This document shows positions 55,262 through 64,000 of a DNA stretch of 64,000 nucleotides, in pieces. Source of the DNA: Methanothrix sp. (GTDB taxonomy: Archaea > Halobacteriota > Methanosarcinia > Methanotrichales > Methanotrichaceae); contig JAXGJB010000002.1 of the NCBI GenBank assembly GCA_040770465.1, positions 32,001 through 96,000 of the forward strand, in the 5' to 3' direction. Below the pieces are notes generated by a model. That model was not told where the DNA came from and did no database searches. It worked only from the letters and a program-made list of their open reading frames with translations. A program made the translations under genes and the position numbers. How positions within the stretch are numbered: the stretch's first letter is position 1; each line of letters begins with the position of its first letter.

Positions 55262-56137
55262 ATGTTCAAGCTCGGAGAATACGACGAGTTCGATGCTGCG
55301 GAGATCGCTGACTATCTCAAAGAGGCTGGGGTGAAGGTCGATCTGAGACCATCGATCTCCGCCGTCATGGATAGCGCCGTCTACTTGGAGGGGAGGAAAA
55401 GCCAGCTTGTGGAGAGGATCGAGGATTTTGAGGTCTACGATCGGTATATAGAAGCTCTGAAGACCGCCATAGCTGAGGGGCTCGAGGGGGAGGAGTTCAC
55501 GGATCGGTACCTCTGCCACCTGGACCCTTCCTGGAAGGGGAAGATGGACGAGATCGCCGAGTTCATGGGAGAGGGTTCCATTGCCCTGGAGGGGGAGCCC
55601 GGATCGCCCGATGAGATTATCGATCGAGCGGCCGAACTTTTTGAGATGCTCGAAGCCCTCCAATTTCTGGATGGGGCCATCGAGCTGAACGAGATCGAGA
55701 TCGGAAAAGGCGCCAATGTCGAGCTCGGCGACGACCCGCTATTGAGGATAGCCGTTGAATCCGACTCTTGCGACCCCGAAGACGAGCTGACGAAGGCAGT
55801 CCTCTCGGTCCACCTCGAAAAGACGGTCGAAGTCCGGCTGGACGAGCTGACGACCCCGCTCGCCAAAGATGTAGATGACGAATTCGCGGATGAGTACCCC
55901 GAGGAGTACTACAAGATCTGTTCGATCGGCATGACCGTCGAACGGCTCCTCGAGCCGCCGGGAGATTCGAACAAGATCGATATTGACGAGTTCAGTGCCC
56001 TCCTCGTCTTCGAAGAGGATATGGAAAATCTGGTCATGACGGTCGACGGGACGGCGGTGGCCGAAGATATCGCGAAGGCGTTGAAGAAGGAGGGGGTCAT
56101 CAAGATCAAGGGCGATAAGATCGTCTGGAAGAGATGA
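55262..56137 (+). CDS. Highly acidic hypothetical protein
   Basis: Long ORF with native codon usage, D/E rich, C-terminal wHTH-like LKKEGVIKIKG. Confidence 0.75.
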   Translation: MFKLGEYDEFDAAEIADYLKEAGVKVDLRPSISAVMDSAVYLEGRKSQLVERIEDFEVYDRYIEALKTAIAEGLEGEEFTDRYLCHLDPSWKGKMDEIAEFMGEGSIALEGEPGSPDEIIDRAAELFEMLEALQFLDGAIELNEIEIGKGANVELGDDPLLRIAVESDSCDPEDELTKAVLSVHLEKTVEVRLDELTTPLAKDVDDEFADEYPEEYYKICSIGMTVERLLEPPGDSNKIDIDEFSALLVFEEDMENLVMTVDGTAVAEDIAKALKKEGVIKIKGDKIVWKR

Positions 56138-56240
56138 GCCGAGCTACGAGCTTGGTCGGACCCTCCGGATTTCAGAAGACGATCGCCCAAAATCCCAGTA
56201 ACCGCCGAGACGATCCACGGACCAGAGGTGGCGATTGGCC

Positions 56241-56954
56241 ATGACCCGAAGACGGCTTCCAAAGCTATCACCTGAAGAGAAGCTGGCCGAGGCGAAGAGG
56301 CTCTGTCACGCATCTTGCGCCGAAGGCTGCGTCTTTCTGAAGAGGGAGGGCTTTCATCTAAAGCTCCTGGAGATGAGGCCCCACTGGTCGGTTCTGAAAA
56401 GAGACGAGCAGGAGAGGACCATCGACCGGGGCGAGACCGAGCCCTTCGATATCGCCATCCCCCTCCCGGCCAAAGACCGCGCCGATCCCGAGAAGACCTC
56501 GAAGGGAGTAGACCTGTTCTGGGAGCGGTTTCGATGCACCGGGTGCGGCAGGTGCTGCTATACCCCGGGGGCGGGGCTCTACCTCGAAAAAGAGGACATG
56601 GATCGGATCTGCCGCCACCTGGGCTGGTCGAGAAAGAGGCTTCTCAGCCTCTGCAGGCGCGACAGGGCGACGAAAACCTGGTCTCTCAAGCAGCCCTGCC
56701 CCTTCTACGACCCCGATAAAGGGTGCACCATCTATCCCGCAAGGCCCCTCACCTGCACCCGCTACCCCCTCCACCCGCCTCTGAAGGAGATGCCGTACAA
56801 CCTTGCCGTCGACGCCTTCTGCCCCGCGGCGAGGGAGTTTGTCAAAGAGACTCTGGGGTGGTGGATCGTCTGCGAGACGAATTGGGTCCGGATCCTCAAG
56901 GAGATGGATGAGGCGGAAGGAGCGGATGATATCAGCCGGAGTGAAGCGGAGTGA
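56241..56954 (+). CDS. YkgJ family cysteine-cluster protein
   Basis: CTGCGRCC, CPFY, CTIYPARPLTCTRYP. Confidence 0.88.
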   Translation: MTRRRLPKLSPEEKLAEAKRLCHASCAEGCVFLKREGFHLKLLEMRPHWSVLKRDEQERTIDRGETEPFDIAIPLPAKDRADPEKTSKGVDLFWERFRCTGCGRCCYTPGAGLYLEKEDMDRICRHLGWSRKRLLSLCRRDRATKTWSLKQPCPFYDPDKGCTIYPARPLTCTRYPLHPPLKEMPYNLAVDAFCPAAREFVKETLGWWIVCETNWVRILKEMDEAEGADDISRSEAE

Positions 56955-57015
56955 AGGATGATCAGCTCCGAAGGACGGGATGGCGAACCGGATCGATCAC
57001 TTTTTTGGGGGACGG

Positions 57016-57696
57016 TCAGAGAATCTTCTCGTCCACCATGTAATCCACGATATCGCAGAACCCCGGACCGAACTCGAGATCTGAGACGAAGTCCGACTCC
57101 GCCTTCAGCTCAGGGACACCGTTCGCGACGGCCGCCCGGAACCCCGCGACCCTGAACATGGGAAGGTCGCTGATGCTATCGCCCACCGCTGCCACCTCGT
57201 CCCGATGAAGGCCGAGCCGGTCCATCACCCTTTCGAGGGCCCGACCCTTGTTCACCTTTCTCTCTTTTATGTGGACCGCAAACCCGCTGTCGACGAGGTC
57301 GGCTTCGAGCCCCCAGGCCTCCAGAAGGGATGCGGCCTTTGCCACGTTGAAGTTCCCCTCGACGACGAGATCGGTGATCCGATACCGTGAGTCCATCTTC
57401 GATAAGGGGTAGACCTCATTGAGGCGGCGGTACGCCTCCTGGCAGACCGCGGGATCGGATAAGAGCTCCATCTCCCCCTCCCCCCAGGAGATGATGCCGC
57501 CGTTCTCGGCGATGAAGGTCCTGCTCGCCCCCAGCATGACCGCCGCGGCCCGGGTGAAGCAGTGGACGTTCCCCGTCGCCAGGATCACCTGGGCGCGGGA
57601 GTTGAGCCTTGATATCGCCTCCAACGCCTTCGGAAACAGATGCCTCTTGTCGTCGGTGATCGTCCCGTCGATGTCGAGGGCGACGGCCCGGATCAA
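57016..57696 (-). CDS. Phosphoglycolate phosphatase (archaeal HAD, Cof/SPP-like)
   Basis: DIDGTIT, ATGN, AENGG, NKG, GDSISD. Confidence 0.9.
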   Translation of the reverse strand: MIRAVALDIDGTITDDKRHLFPKALEAISRLNSRAQVILATGNVHCFTRAAAVMLGASRTFIAENGGIISWGEGEMELLSDPAVCQEAYRRLNEVYPLSKMDSRYRITDLVVEGNFNVAKAASLLEAWGLEADLVDSGFAVHIKERKVNKGRALERVMDRLGLHRDEVAAVGDSISDLPMFRVAGFRAAVANGVPELKAESDFVSDLEFGPGFCDIVDYMVDEKIL

Positions 57697-58673
57697 TCCA
57701 ATAGCCCCGCCGTGGTCACCGAGAAGACCGCCTCGCCGTCGGGGAGGTTCGGCGAGTCAACGAGCCTTGCGATCCTCTTCTCGCCCTTGGACTTTCGGAG
57801 GTAGATCCTGAATGTGGCGGTGTGGCCGACGATGTGACCTCCCACTGGCTTTGTGGGGTCGCCGAAGAAGGCGTCGGGCTTGGCCATCACCTGGTTTGTC
57901 ACCAGGACTACGGCGTTGTTCAGGTCGGCAAACCGCATCAGGGCGTGGAGGTGCTTGTTCAGCTTCTGCTGCCGGTCGGCCAGGGTCCCCCGGCCGACGT
58001 ACTCGGCCCGAAAGTGGGCGGTCAGGGAGTCGACGATCAGAAGCCTCACCGGCTTTCCCGATTTTCTGAGCTTCTCGGCGAGGTCGAGGGCGCTCTCGGC
58101 GAGGAGGATCTGGTGGTTGGAGTTGTAGGCCCTCGCCACGTGGATGTTCCTCAAGAACTCCTCCGGCTCCCAGGGTTGGTCCGGGTCCTCGGAGGGGGCG
58201 AGCCCTTCGACCATCTGGACGATCCTCTCGGGCCTGAAGGTGTTCTCGGTATCGATTATGATGACGGAGCCGTCGAGGCCGCCCAGATCCAGGGGGAGCT
58301 GGACGTTGATCGCCACCTGATGGGCGACCTGGGTCTTCCCCGAGCCGAACTCGCCGTAAAGCTCCACGATCGACTGGGTCTCAAACCCGCCGCCCATCAG
58401 GGCGTCGAAGGTCTCGCTCCCCGTCGTCACCTTCCCGACGAGCTTCCTCCTCTCCATCACCAGGTCGCCGGTCTCAAACCCACCGATGTCCGCAGCCTGC
58501 CTCGCGGAGGCGATGATCTTCGCGGCCGTCGACTCGCCCACGTCGGCGCAGGCCGCAAGCTCTGCGGGCGAGGCCACCGCCAGGGCCTCGACGCTGGCAA
58601 ACCCCGCCTCCCTCAGCTTCTCCGCCGTTGCCGGGCCCACCCCGGAGAGATCTTCCAGTAATACTTCAGCCAT
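57693..58673 (-). CDS. radA: DNA repair and recombination protein RadA
   Basis: [36 protein letters not shown]; no intein. Confidence 0.98.
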   Translation of the reverse strand: MAEVLLEDLSGVGPATAEKLREAGFASVEALAVASPAELAACADVGESTAAKIIASARQAADIGGFETGDLVMERRKLVGKVTTGSETFDALMGGGFETQSIVELYGEFGSGKTQVAHQVAINVQLPLDLGGLDGSVIIIDTENTFRPERIVQMVEGLAPSEDPDQPWEPEEFLRNIHVARAYNSNHQILLAESALDLAEKLRKSGKPVRLLIVDSLTAHFRAEYVGRGTLADRQQKLNKHLHALMRFADLNNAVVLVTNQVMAKPDAFFGDPTKPVGGHIVGHTATFRIYLRKSKGEKRIARLVDSPNLPDGEAVFSVTTAGLLD

Positions 58674-58714
58674 ATTTCACCAACCCCTAATGGAGCCCTT
58701 CGGCTTTAACCCCT

Positions 58715-59821
58715 TTACTCGGGCGGGGCGAAAGTAACCCTGGTGCTCCACCCGCAGCTGACCTCCACCTCGCCGTTCCACCCCTCCTTTGCCATGCCGT
58801 CGAATAGCTCGATCTTGGAGCCGAGGTCGAGGCTCTCGATCAGCCGGACGTGGTCGTTCCAGAGGGTGACCCTAACCCTTCCGGAGTCGTCTGAGACGTA
58901 GATGTTGGCGACCCGTCCGACGGTCCCGCCATCCCGCTCAAACTCCCGGATCTCGCCGAGGCCGGTGACAAAACCCGATATGCTGTAGATCGATCCGGGA
59001 GCGATCTCCGATATGGGTGTGATCTTCTCTTCGTAGGAGACGGCAACGTCGCTCTTTCTCACCGCCGAGTAGCCGCCGGCCTGGATCTCCACCTGACCGT
59101 ACCTCTCCCGGGATACGGCGTTTGTCACCTCCAGGGTATCTCCCTCTGCGATCTCCATCTCCGCCTTCTCGTTCCAGAGGGTGAGCCTGATCTTCCCCGA
59201 ACCGTCCCCCAGGACGACGGACCTGACGAGGCCTGAAGAGCCGTCTCGCCGGGAGAACTCCCTGACCGTTCCGGCGTCGACGACCTTTGCGAGGATGTTG
59301 ATCTCCCCCATGTCGGCCCTGACCTCCGAGATCTTGAAGGGCTCGATCCGGATCTTGATCTCGACCTCCACCTCCTCAAGGCCGCCCCGGTCCACCGTCA
59401 CCTCGGTCCCGAAGTAACCCTCCCGGGTGAAGCCACGGACTCTGAAGGTCTGACCGAGACGCAGCTCGCCCTGGGACACGGGCTCCGAGAGCTCGTCCCA
59501 GAGGACGATCCTGACGGTGCCGGTCTCATCGCCCATGGTGAGGTTTGCGACCCTCCCGGCGGAGCCGTCGCTTCGGGGAAACTCGTGGACCTCTGAGATG
59601 GAAATTATCTTGCCGACGAAGGTGACCTTTCCGGTCTCGGGCCTGACCCGTTCGATCTTCAGCTCCACCTCGCCGAACTCCCGGGCGACGAGCATCGCCG
59701 CCGTCCTCCGGTCGCAGAGCTCGCCCATCAGCTGGACCTTCTCTTCGACCTTCAGCTCGAACTCCTCGGCCGAGATCTGACCGGATATCGAGTCGTAGAT
59801 CTCTCCGATCTCCCGGTCCAC
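58715..59821 (-). CDS. rpa: Replication protein A (three OB folds)
   Basis: Three repeats of EF.R.DG..G.V....D.(T/S)G..R..LW; GTG start at 59821 likely. Confidence 0.92.
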   Translation of the reverse strand: MDREIGEIYDSISGQISAEEFELKVEEKVQLMGELCDRRTAAMLVAREFGEVELKIERVRPETGKVTFVGKIISISEVHEFPRSDGSAGRVANLTMGDETGTVRIVLWDELSEPVSQGELRLGQTFRVRGFTREGYFGTEVTVDRGGLEEVEVEIKIRIEPFKISEVRADMGEINILAKVVDAGTVREFSRRDGSSGLVRSVVLGDGSGKIRLTLWNEKAEMEIAEGDTLEVTNAVSRERYGQVEIQAGGYSAVRKSDVAVSYEEKITPISEIAPGSIYSISGFVTGLGEIREFERDGGTVGRVANIYVSDDSGRVRVTLWNDHVRLIESLDLGSKIELFDGMAKEGWNGEVEVSCGWSTRVTFAPPE

Positions 59822-59832
59822 GATATCCACCT

Positions 59833-61563
59833 TCAGGCTTTCCCAGCAGGGGCCGACGTCCCGGTTGGCGGCCGGAGGTAGCTGGCGTCGCACCGGGTGA
59901 CGAAGATGTCGCAGACCTCGTTCGGGTCGCCGTCCGACGCTATCTTTCCGTTCTCGATGAGTATCGCCCTGTGTGATATCTCCCGGACGAAGTCGACGTG
60001 GTGGCTGACTATGAGGATGGTGGTCCCGTACTCGGCGTTGATCTTCTTCATGGCGTTTGAGACTCCTCTGAGGGTTATGGGGTCGATGTCCCCGAAGGGC
60101 TCGTCGAGGATGAGGATCTTGGGGTTTGAGGCCATGAGGAGGGCGATGGAGACCCTCACCTTCTCCCCGCCGCTGAGCTGGTGGGGGTACTTGTCCAGGA
60201 CCGAAAGGTCGAGGTCCAGAACCCTGAAGACCGGCTCTGCGTACTTCTTCGCCTCCGTCGCCGGAAACCGGGGGAAGAGCTCGCCGAATACCTCTTTGGT
60301 GAGGCCGAGCTTGTCCAGAACCGCTTTCGCCTCCTCCTCCATCATGTCGGTGAGGGTGTAGATGACGTCCAGGACCTTGTCGCTGATCTCGAGTTCCTCG
60401 GCCTTCTTCCTGGCGTGATCGACGACGTCCTGACCCTTCACCCCCAGCTTGTAGCCGATCTGCTCCAGGACCGTCTCATTGGGGTAGAGGGCGAACTCCT
60501 GGTACATTATGCCAATATTCCTCCGGACCGCCATCCTCTCCCGCGAGTACTCCACCATGTCCACCCAGCCGTCGCCGAGCCGGTAGAAGACTGAGCCCTC
60601 GTCGGGTTTTGCTATCCCCTGAACGATCTTGAGAAGGGTGGTCTTTCCGGCGCCGCTGGCCCCGATGAGGGATGTTATCTCTCCCTCCCGGATCTCCAGG
60701 TTCAGGTCCTCGATCCTGAGAACCTCACCGGTGCCGACGATGTAGTTTCTCTTGTAGAGGTCCACGATCCTGATGGCGGGGGGTGCGTCGTGCCTCGGCG
60801 CCAGGGGTTCAGCCTCGCCGAGGAGGGACAGGAATCGCGATAAGATCTCATCGGGCTTCCCCTCCTCCCGGATCTTTCCTCCGTCAAGCCAGATCAGCCT
60901 GTCAGCCAGGTACCTGTGAACCTCGGGGAGGTGGGATACGACGACGGTGGTGATCCCAAGCTCCCGGTTTACGTTCTTGATGGCGTCGAGAACCTCCTGC
61001 TTTGTAGCCGGACATGCCATGGTGGCGGGCTCGTCCAGGAGGAGAAGCTTCGGCTTTTTGGCGAGCTGCCTTGCGATAAGAAGCCTCTGCTTCTCTCCGC
61101 CGCTGAGGATGGTGGCGAGATGCTTCGCCTTCCTCTCCAGGCCCACGAGCTTCAGGTACCCCATCGCCTCGGCCATCACCTCTTCATACTCGGGATTGTA
61201 CTCCGTTGGGATCGTCTCGTAACCGGTCTTCCGGGAGTAGATCCGCTTGGCCACGTTGTTGAGGGCCGACTCCGTCCAGAGGCCGAAGTCCCTCTGGAGG
61301 TGGATCGCGGTGATCTGCCTCTGTTTCTGCACCAGTTCCGGCCCCGCATCGGGCGATATATCGAGGCCGTCGATCTCGATCCTGCCGGAGTCGAAGGTCT
61401 CGATGCCCCGTAGGATCTTCATCAGAGTGCTCTTGCCGCTGCCGCTCTTCCCCACGATCCCCAGGATCTCTCCTTCTTTTGCGGTGAAGCTCACGCCTTT
61501 GAGGGCTTTTACCTCGCGATCTTTCAGCTGGTAGACTTTGGATAGGTTCTCAACCTGGAGCAA
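59833..61563 (-). CDS. Tandem ABC-ATPase without TM domains, AtwA (MCR component A2)-like
   Basis: Two Walker A (GKSGSGKS, GASGAGKT), two LSGGEK signatures, IHLQRDFGLW; no permease nearby. Confidence 0.8.
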   Translation of the reverse strand: MLQVENLSKVYQLKDREVKALKGVSFTAKEGEILGIVGKSGSGKSTLMKILRGIETFDSGRIEIDGLDISPDAGPELVQKQRQITAIHLQRDFGLWTESALNNVAKRIYSRKTGYETIPTEYNPEYEEVMAEAMGYLKLVGLERKAKHLATILSGGEKQRLLIARQLAKKPKLLLLDEPATMACPATKQEVLDAIKNVNRELGITTVVVSHLPEVHRYLADRLIWLDGGKIREEGKPDEILSRFLSLLGEAEPLAPRHDAPPAIRIVDLYKRNYIVGTGEVLRIEDLNLEIREGEITSLIGASGAGKTTLLKIVQGIAKPDEGSVFYRLGDGWVDMVEYSRERMAVRRNIGIMYQEFALYPNETVLEQIGYKLGVKGQDVVDHARKKAEELEISDKVLDVIYTLTDMMEEEAKAVLDKLGLTKEVFGELFPRFPATEAKKYAEPVFRVLDLDLSVLDKYPHQLSGGEKVRVSIALLMASNPKILILDEPFGDIDPITLRGVSNAMKKINAEYGTTILIVSHHVDFVREISHRAILIENGKIASDGDPNEVCDIFVTRCDASYLRPPTGTSAPAGKA

Positions 61564-61663
61564 TATCAGGACCTCCTATTATTTTTCATTTCATCATATA
61601 TAATCATATACATACACACAATCTCTCGCCGCAAGTTTTGCGCCGTCGGACATTTCCGAGCCT

Positions 61664-61707
61664 GTTACGTTGCCTGGTTACGTGCCCGGTTACGTGGCTG
61701 GCTATGT
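61664..61707. repeat. Four direct repeats of GTTACGT (last degenerate) at 12-13 bp spacing
   Basis: Copies at 61664, 61677, 61689 and GCTATGT at 61701. Confidence 0.75.
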
Positions 61708-61821
61708 GTCCATCCTCCCTCGCAGAAGCTTCAGACGTTATCGGCGCTCTGCATGGGGCCCAAAGGAGCAAACGCCCCGGATCGGCGGTGGACCCCGCCG
61801 AGGGCCATCCGTCCGGAGGGC

Positions 61822-63846
61822 TCACCGGATCTTCGTTCCCGGCGGGACGTCCTTCTCCGGGCCGAGGATGACGGCGGCGTCCTTCAGGTCTGCGGCCAGG
61901 AGCATCCCCTGAGACTCGACCCCGAATAGCTTTGCAGGCTCGAGGTTTGCGAGGACGACGATCCGTCGGCCCACCAGATCTTCGGGACGGTGGGTTTTTG
62001 CGATCCCGGCAACGATCTGCCTATTCTCTGAGCCGATGTCGACCTTCAGGCGGAGGAGCTTATCAGACCCCTTGATCCCCTCGGCCTCCAGCACCACCCC
62101 GACTCTGATGTCGAGGCGCTTGAACTCTTCGAACTTTATGACTTCCATCTTCTCTTCACCCGTCTTTCCGCCCTTCTTCGCCTCGATGGCGGCTATCCTC
62201 TCCCTGAATACGTCGTCTAGGCCGGATACGAGGGAGTCGTCCATCTTGTTGAAGATGTGCTCTGGAGCCCCAAGTCGCCTTCCCGCCTCGATAGGGGCGA
62301 GGGCGTCGTCGAAGGAGGCTTCTGCGGCGGTTCCATCAAGCCCCAGCTGTCTCCAGGCCGACTCCATCTTCGCCGGCATAACCGGCTGAAGGATGATCGA
62401 GAGGGCTTTGGCGATCAAAAGGCAGTTTCTCAATACGGCGCCGCAGCGGGCCCGATCGGTTTTGGCGAGCTTCCAGGGCTCGTTCGCCTGGAAGTAGGTG
62501 TTCCCATAGTCGGCTAGGGCCATCGCCCCGTCGGCCATCTTCTTGAACTCGTACTCTGCGATGGCGGCCTTCACCTCGTTGAGGGTCGCTTCGATCTTCG
62601 CCGTCACCTCGGGGTCGATCTCGCCTTCTGGAACCGACCTGTCGAAGTTCTTGGAGGTGAAGGTGACGGCCCGGTTGACGAAGTTGCCGAGGGCCCCCAC
62701 CAGCTCGCCGTTGACCTTCTCTCCGAAGACCTTCCAGGAGAAGTTCAGCTCCTTGGTGTGGGAGGTGTAGGATGCGAGGTAGTACCGGAGGAGGTCGGGG
62801 TGGAGCCCTTTGTCCAGATAATCGTCGATCACCCAGACGACGTACCCTCTGCTCTTGGAGAATGTCTTGTTGTCGATCTTGAGCATGCCGCTGGCGACGA
62901 CGGCGCTGGGTAGGGTGTAGCCCGCCCCCAACAGCATCGCCGGCCAGAAGATGCAGTGGTGGTAGACTATGTCGCCTCCGATGAAGTGGACGATTCGAGA
63001 GGGGCGTCTCCAGTAGCTCTCCCAATCGCCCCCCGCCCGCTTCGCCCACTCCTCGGTGAAGGAGATGTAGCCGATGGGCGCGTCCACCCAGACGTAGACG
63101 ACCAGGCCCTCAGAGCCTGGGAACTTGACCCCCCAGTCGAGGTTTCGGGTGATGCACCAGTCCTTCAGCTCCTGCTTGACCCACTCGAGGGCGTAGTTTC
63201 TGGCGTTCTGGGTACCTCCAAGCCCTTCGAGGTACTCGATGAGAAAGTCGCTGAAGGACGAGAGCCGGAAGAAGTAGTGTTTCTGGGTCCGGTACTCGGC
63301 TCCGCTGCCGCAGACCTTGCAGACCGGCTCCTCGATCTCGCCGGGCTCCAGGTGGCGGCCGCATCCCTGGTCGCACTCGTCGCCCCGAGCGGGCGAGCCG
63401 CAGTAGGGGCAGGTCCCCTCGACGTATCTGTCGGGGAGGAAACGATCGCAGGATGGGCAGTAGGCGAGCTGAATATCCTGGGGGTAGACGTACCCCTCTT
63501 TCATCAGGGCTTCGACGATCGATTGTGTCCGGTGGTGGTTTGAGGGGTCGTCGGTGTTTCCGAAGTAGTCGAACTCCACCTCCATCCGCCGGAAGACGTC
63601 GTCGAAGTGGTCGTGGTATCGGGTGACAAGCTCCGTGGGGGTCGTCCCCCTCTCCTCGGCATTGACGACGATCGGCGTCCCGTGGGAGTCGGAGCCGCAG
63701 ATGAAGATGGGCTTTTTTCCCATCTTCTTCAGCCCCCGGACGTAGATGTCGGCGGGGACGTAGGTTCTAAGGTGGCCGATGTGACAGGGGCCGTTGGCGT
63801 AGGGCAGTCCGCAGGTTACGAGTATGGGAAGTTCGGATGGAGCCAA
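61822..63846 (-). CDS. metG: Methionyl-tRNA synthetase with C-terminal tRNA-binding domain
   Basis: [18 protein letters not shown], Zn knuckles, [15 protein letters not shown]-terminal SQGMLLA; start 63846 or 63876. Confidence 0.97.
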   Translation of the reverse strand: MAPSELPILVTCGLPYANGPCHIGHLRTYVPADIYVRGLKKMGKKPIFICGSDSHGTPIVVNAEERGTTPTELVTRYHDHFDDVFRRMEVEFDYFGNTDDPSNHHRTQSIVEALMKEGYVYPQDIQLAYCPSCDRFLPDRYVEGTCPYCGSPARGDECDQGCGRHLEPGEIEEPVCKVCGSGAEYRTQKHYFFRLSSFSDFLIEYLEGLGGTQNARNYALEWVKQELKDWCITRNLDWGVKFPGSEGLVVYVWVDAPIGYISFTEEWAKRAGGDWESYWRRPSRIVHFIGGDIVYHHCIFWPAMLLGAGYTLPSAVVASGMLKIDNKTFSKSRGYVVWVIDDYLDKGLHPDLLRYYLASYTSHTKELNFSWKVFGEKVNGELVGALGNFVNRAVTFTSKNFDRSVPEGEIDPEVTAKIEATLNEVKAAIAEYEFKKMADGAMALADYGNTYFQANEPWKLAKTDRARCGAVLRNCLLIAKALSIILQPVMPAKMESAWRQLGLDGTAAEASFDDALAPIEAGRRLGAPEHIFNKMDDSLVSGLDDVFRERIAAIEAKKGGKTGEEKMEVIKFEEFKRLDIRVGVVLEAEGIKGSDKLLRLKVDIGSENRQIVAGIAKTHRPEDLVGRRIVVLANLEPAKLFGVESQGMLLAADLKDAAVILGPEKDVPPGTKIR

Positions 63847-64000
63847 ATCAGAACACCTAGCGAGGGCTATGCCCAAACCTCCTGATATACGTTTCCCATC
63901 TTGAAAATTGAGAGATCCGAATCGAGGACGGAAGGCTTGGAGGGACGATCACCTCGTCGAAAAACCCCCGCCTTCCAGTGCCCCTCCGAGAGGACCTTTA

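Noticed and set aside
61670-61912. ORF MPGYVPGYVAGYVS..
   Set aside because: Arises from the 12-bp DNA repeat, has no RBS, and overlaps the metG 3' end on the opposite strand.

Overview
Core-chromosome segment of a high-GC methanogenic archaeon, most consistent with Methanothrix (Methanosaeta) harundinacea-like Methanotrichales. This is inferred from split RpoB''/B' and RpoA'/A'', SepCysS, GatE, an archaeal histone, an AtwA-like ATPase, a SatP acetate channel, a Cam-type carbonic anhydrase and secreted TPR proteins. Housekeeping content: alba (partial), purN, HIT, purP-like, leuD/leuB, intron-containing tRNA-Lys(UUU), the rpoH-B''-B'-A'-A''-rpl30e-nusA-rps12-rps7 cluster, aroC, moeA, priL-pcn-tfs, gatE, cdc6, pstSCA, nnr, moaC, trpS, a MutS-like ATPase, tRNA-Gly(CCC), pscS, nac, radA-rpa-atwA-like and metG. 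I saw no integrase, transposase, CRISPR array, intein or rRNA. The most interesting signals are not in the supplied ORF track. (1) A 41-43 aa charged peptide ending ..EENLEDLVGAGGEEEE, with its own promoter-like element, translationally coupled to a ubiquitin-fold protein that ends SSG instead of GG, downstream of a SAM-methyltransferase. (2) A 30-aa ORF in an AT-rich pocket that reads as signal peptide + hexapeptide IVVVKR. (3) A second orphan promoter/RBS cassette sharing a 13-nt RBS sequence with (2). (4) A lower-GC patch by tRNA-Gly carrying a FilR1-like regulator, a UbiA prenyltransferase, a secreted beta protein and a Cmi4-like HTH protein. (5) A candidate structured RNA leader before rps12. 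All family assignments come from motif recognition by eye, not database searches; several start codons were re-chosen by RBS context.
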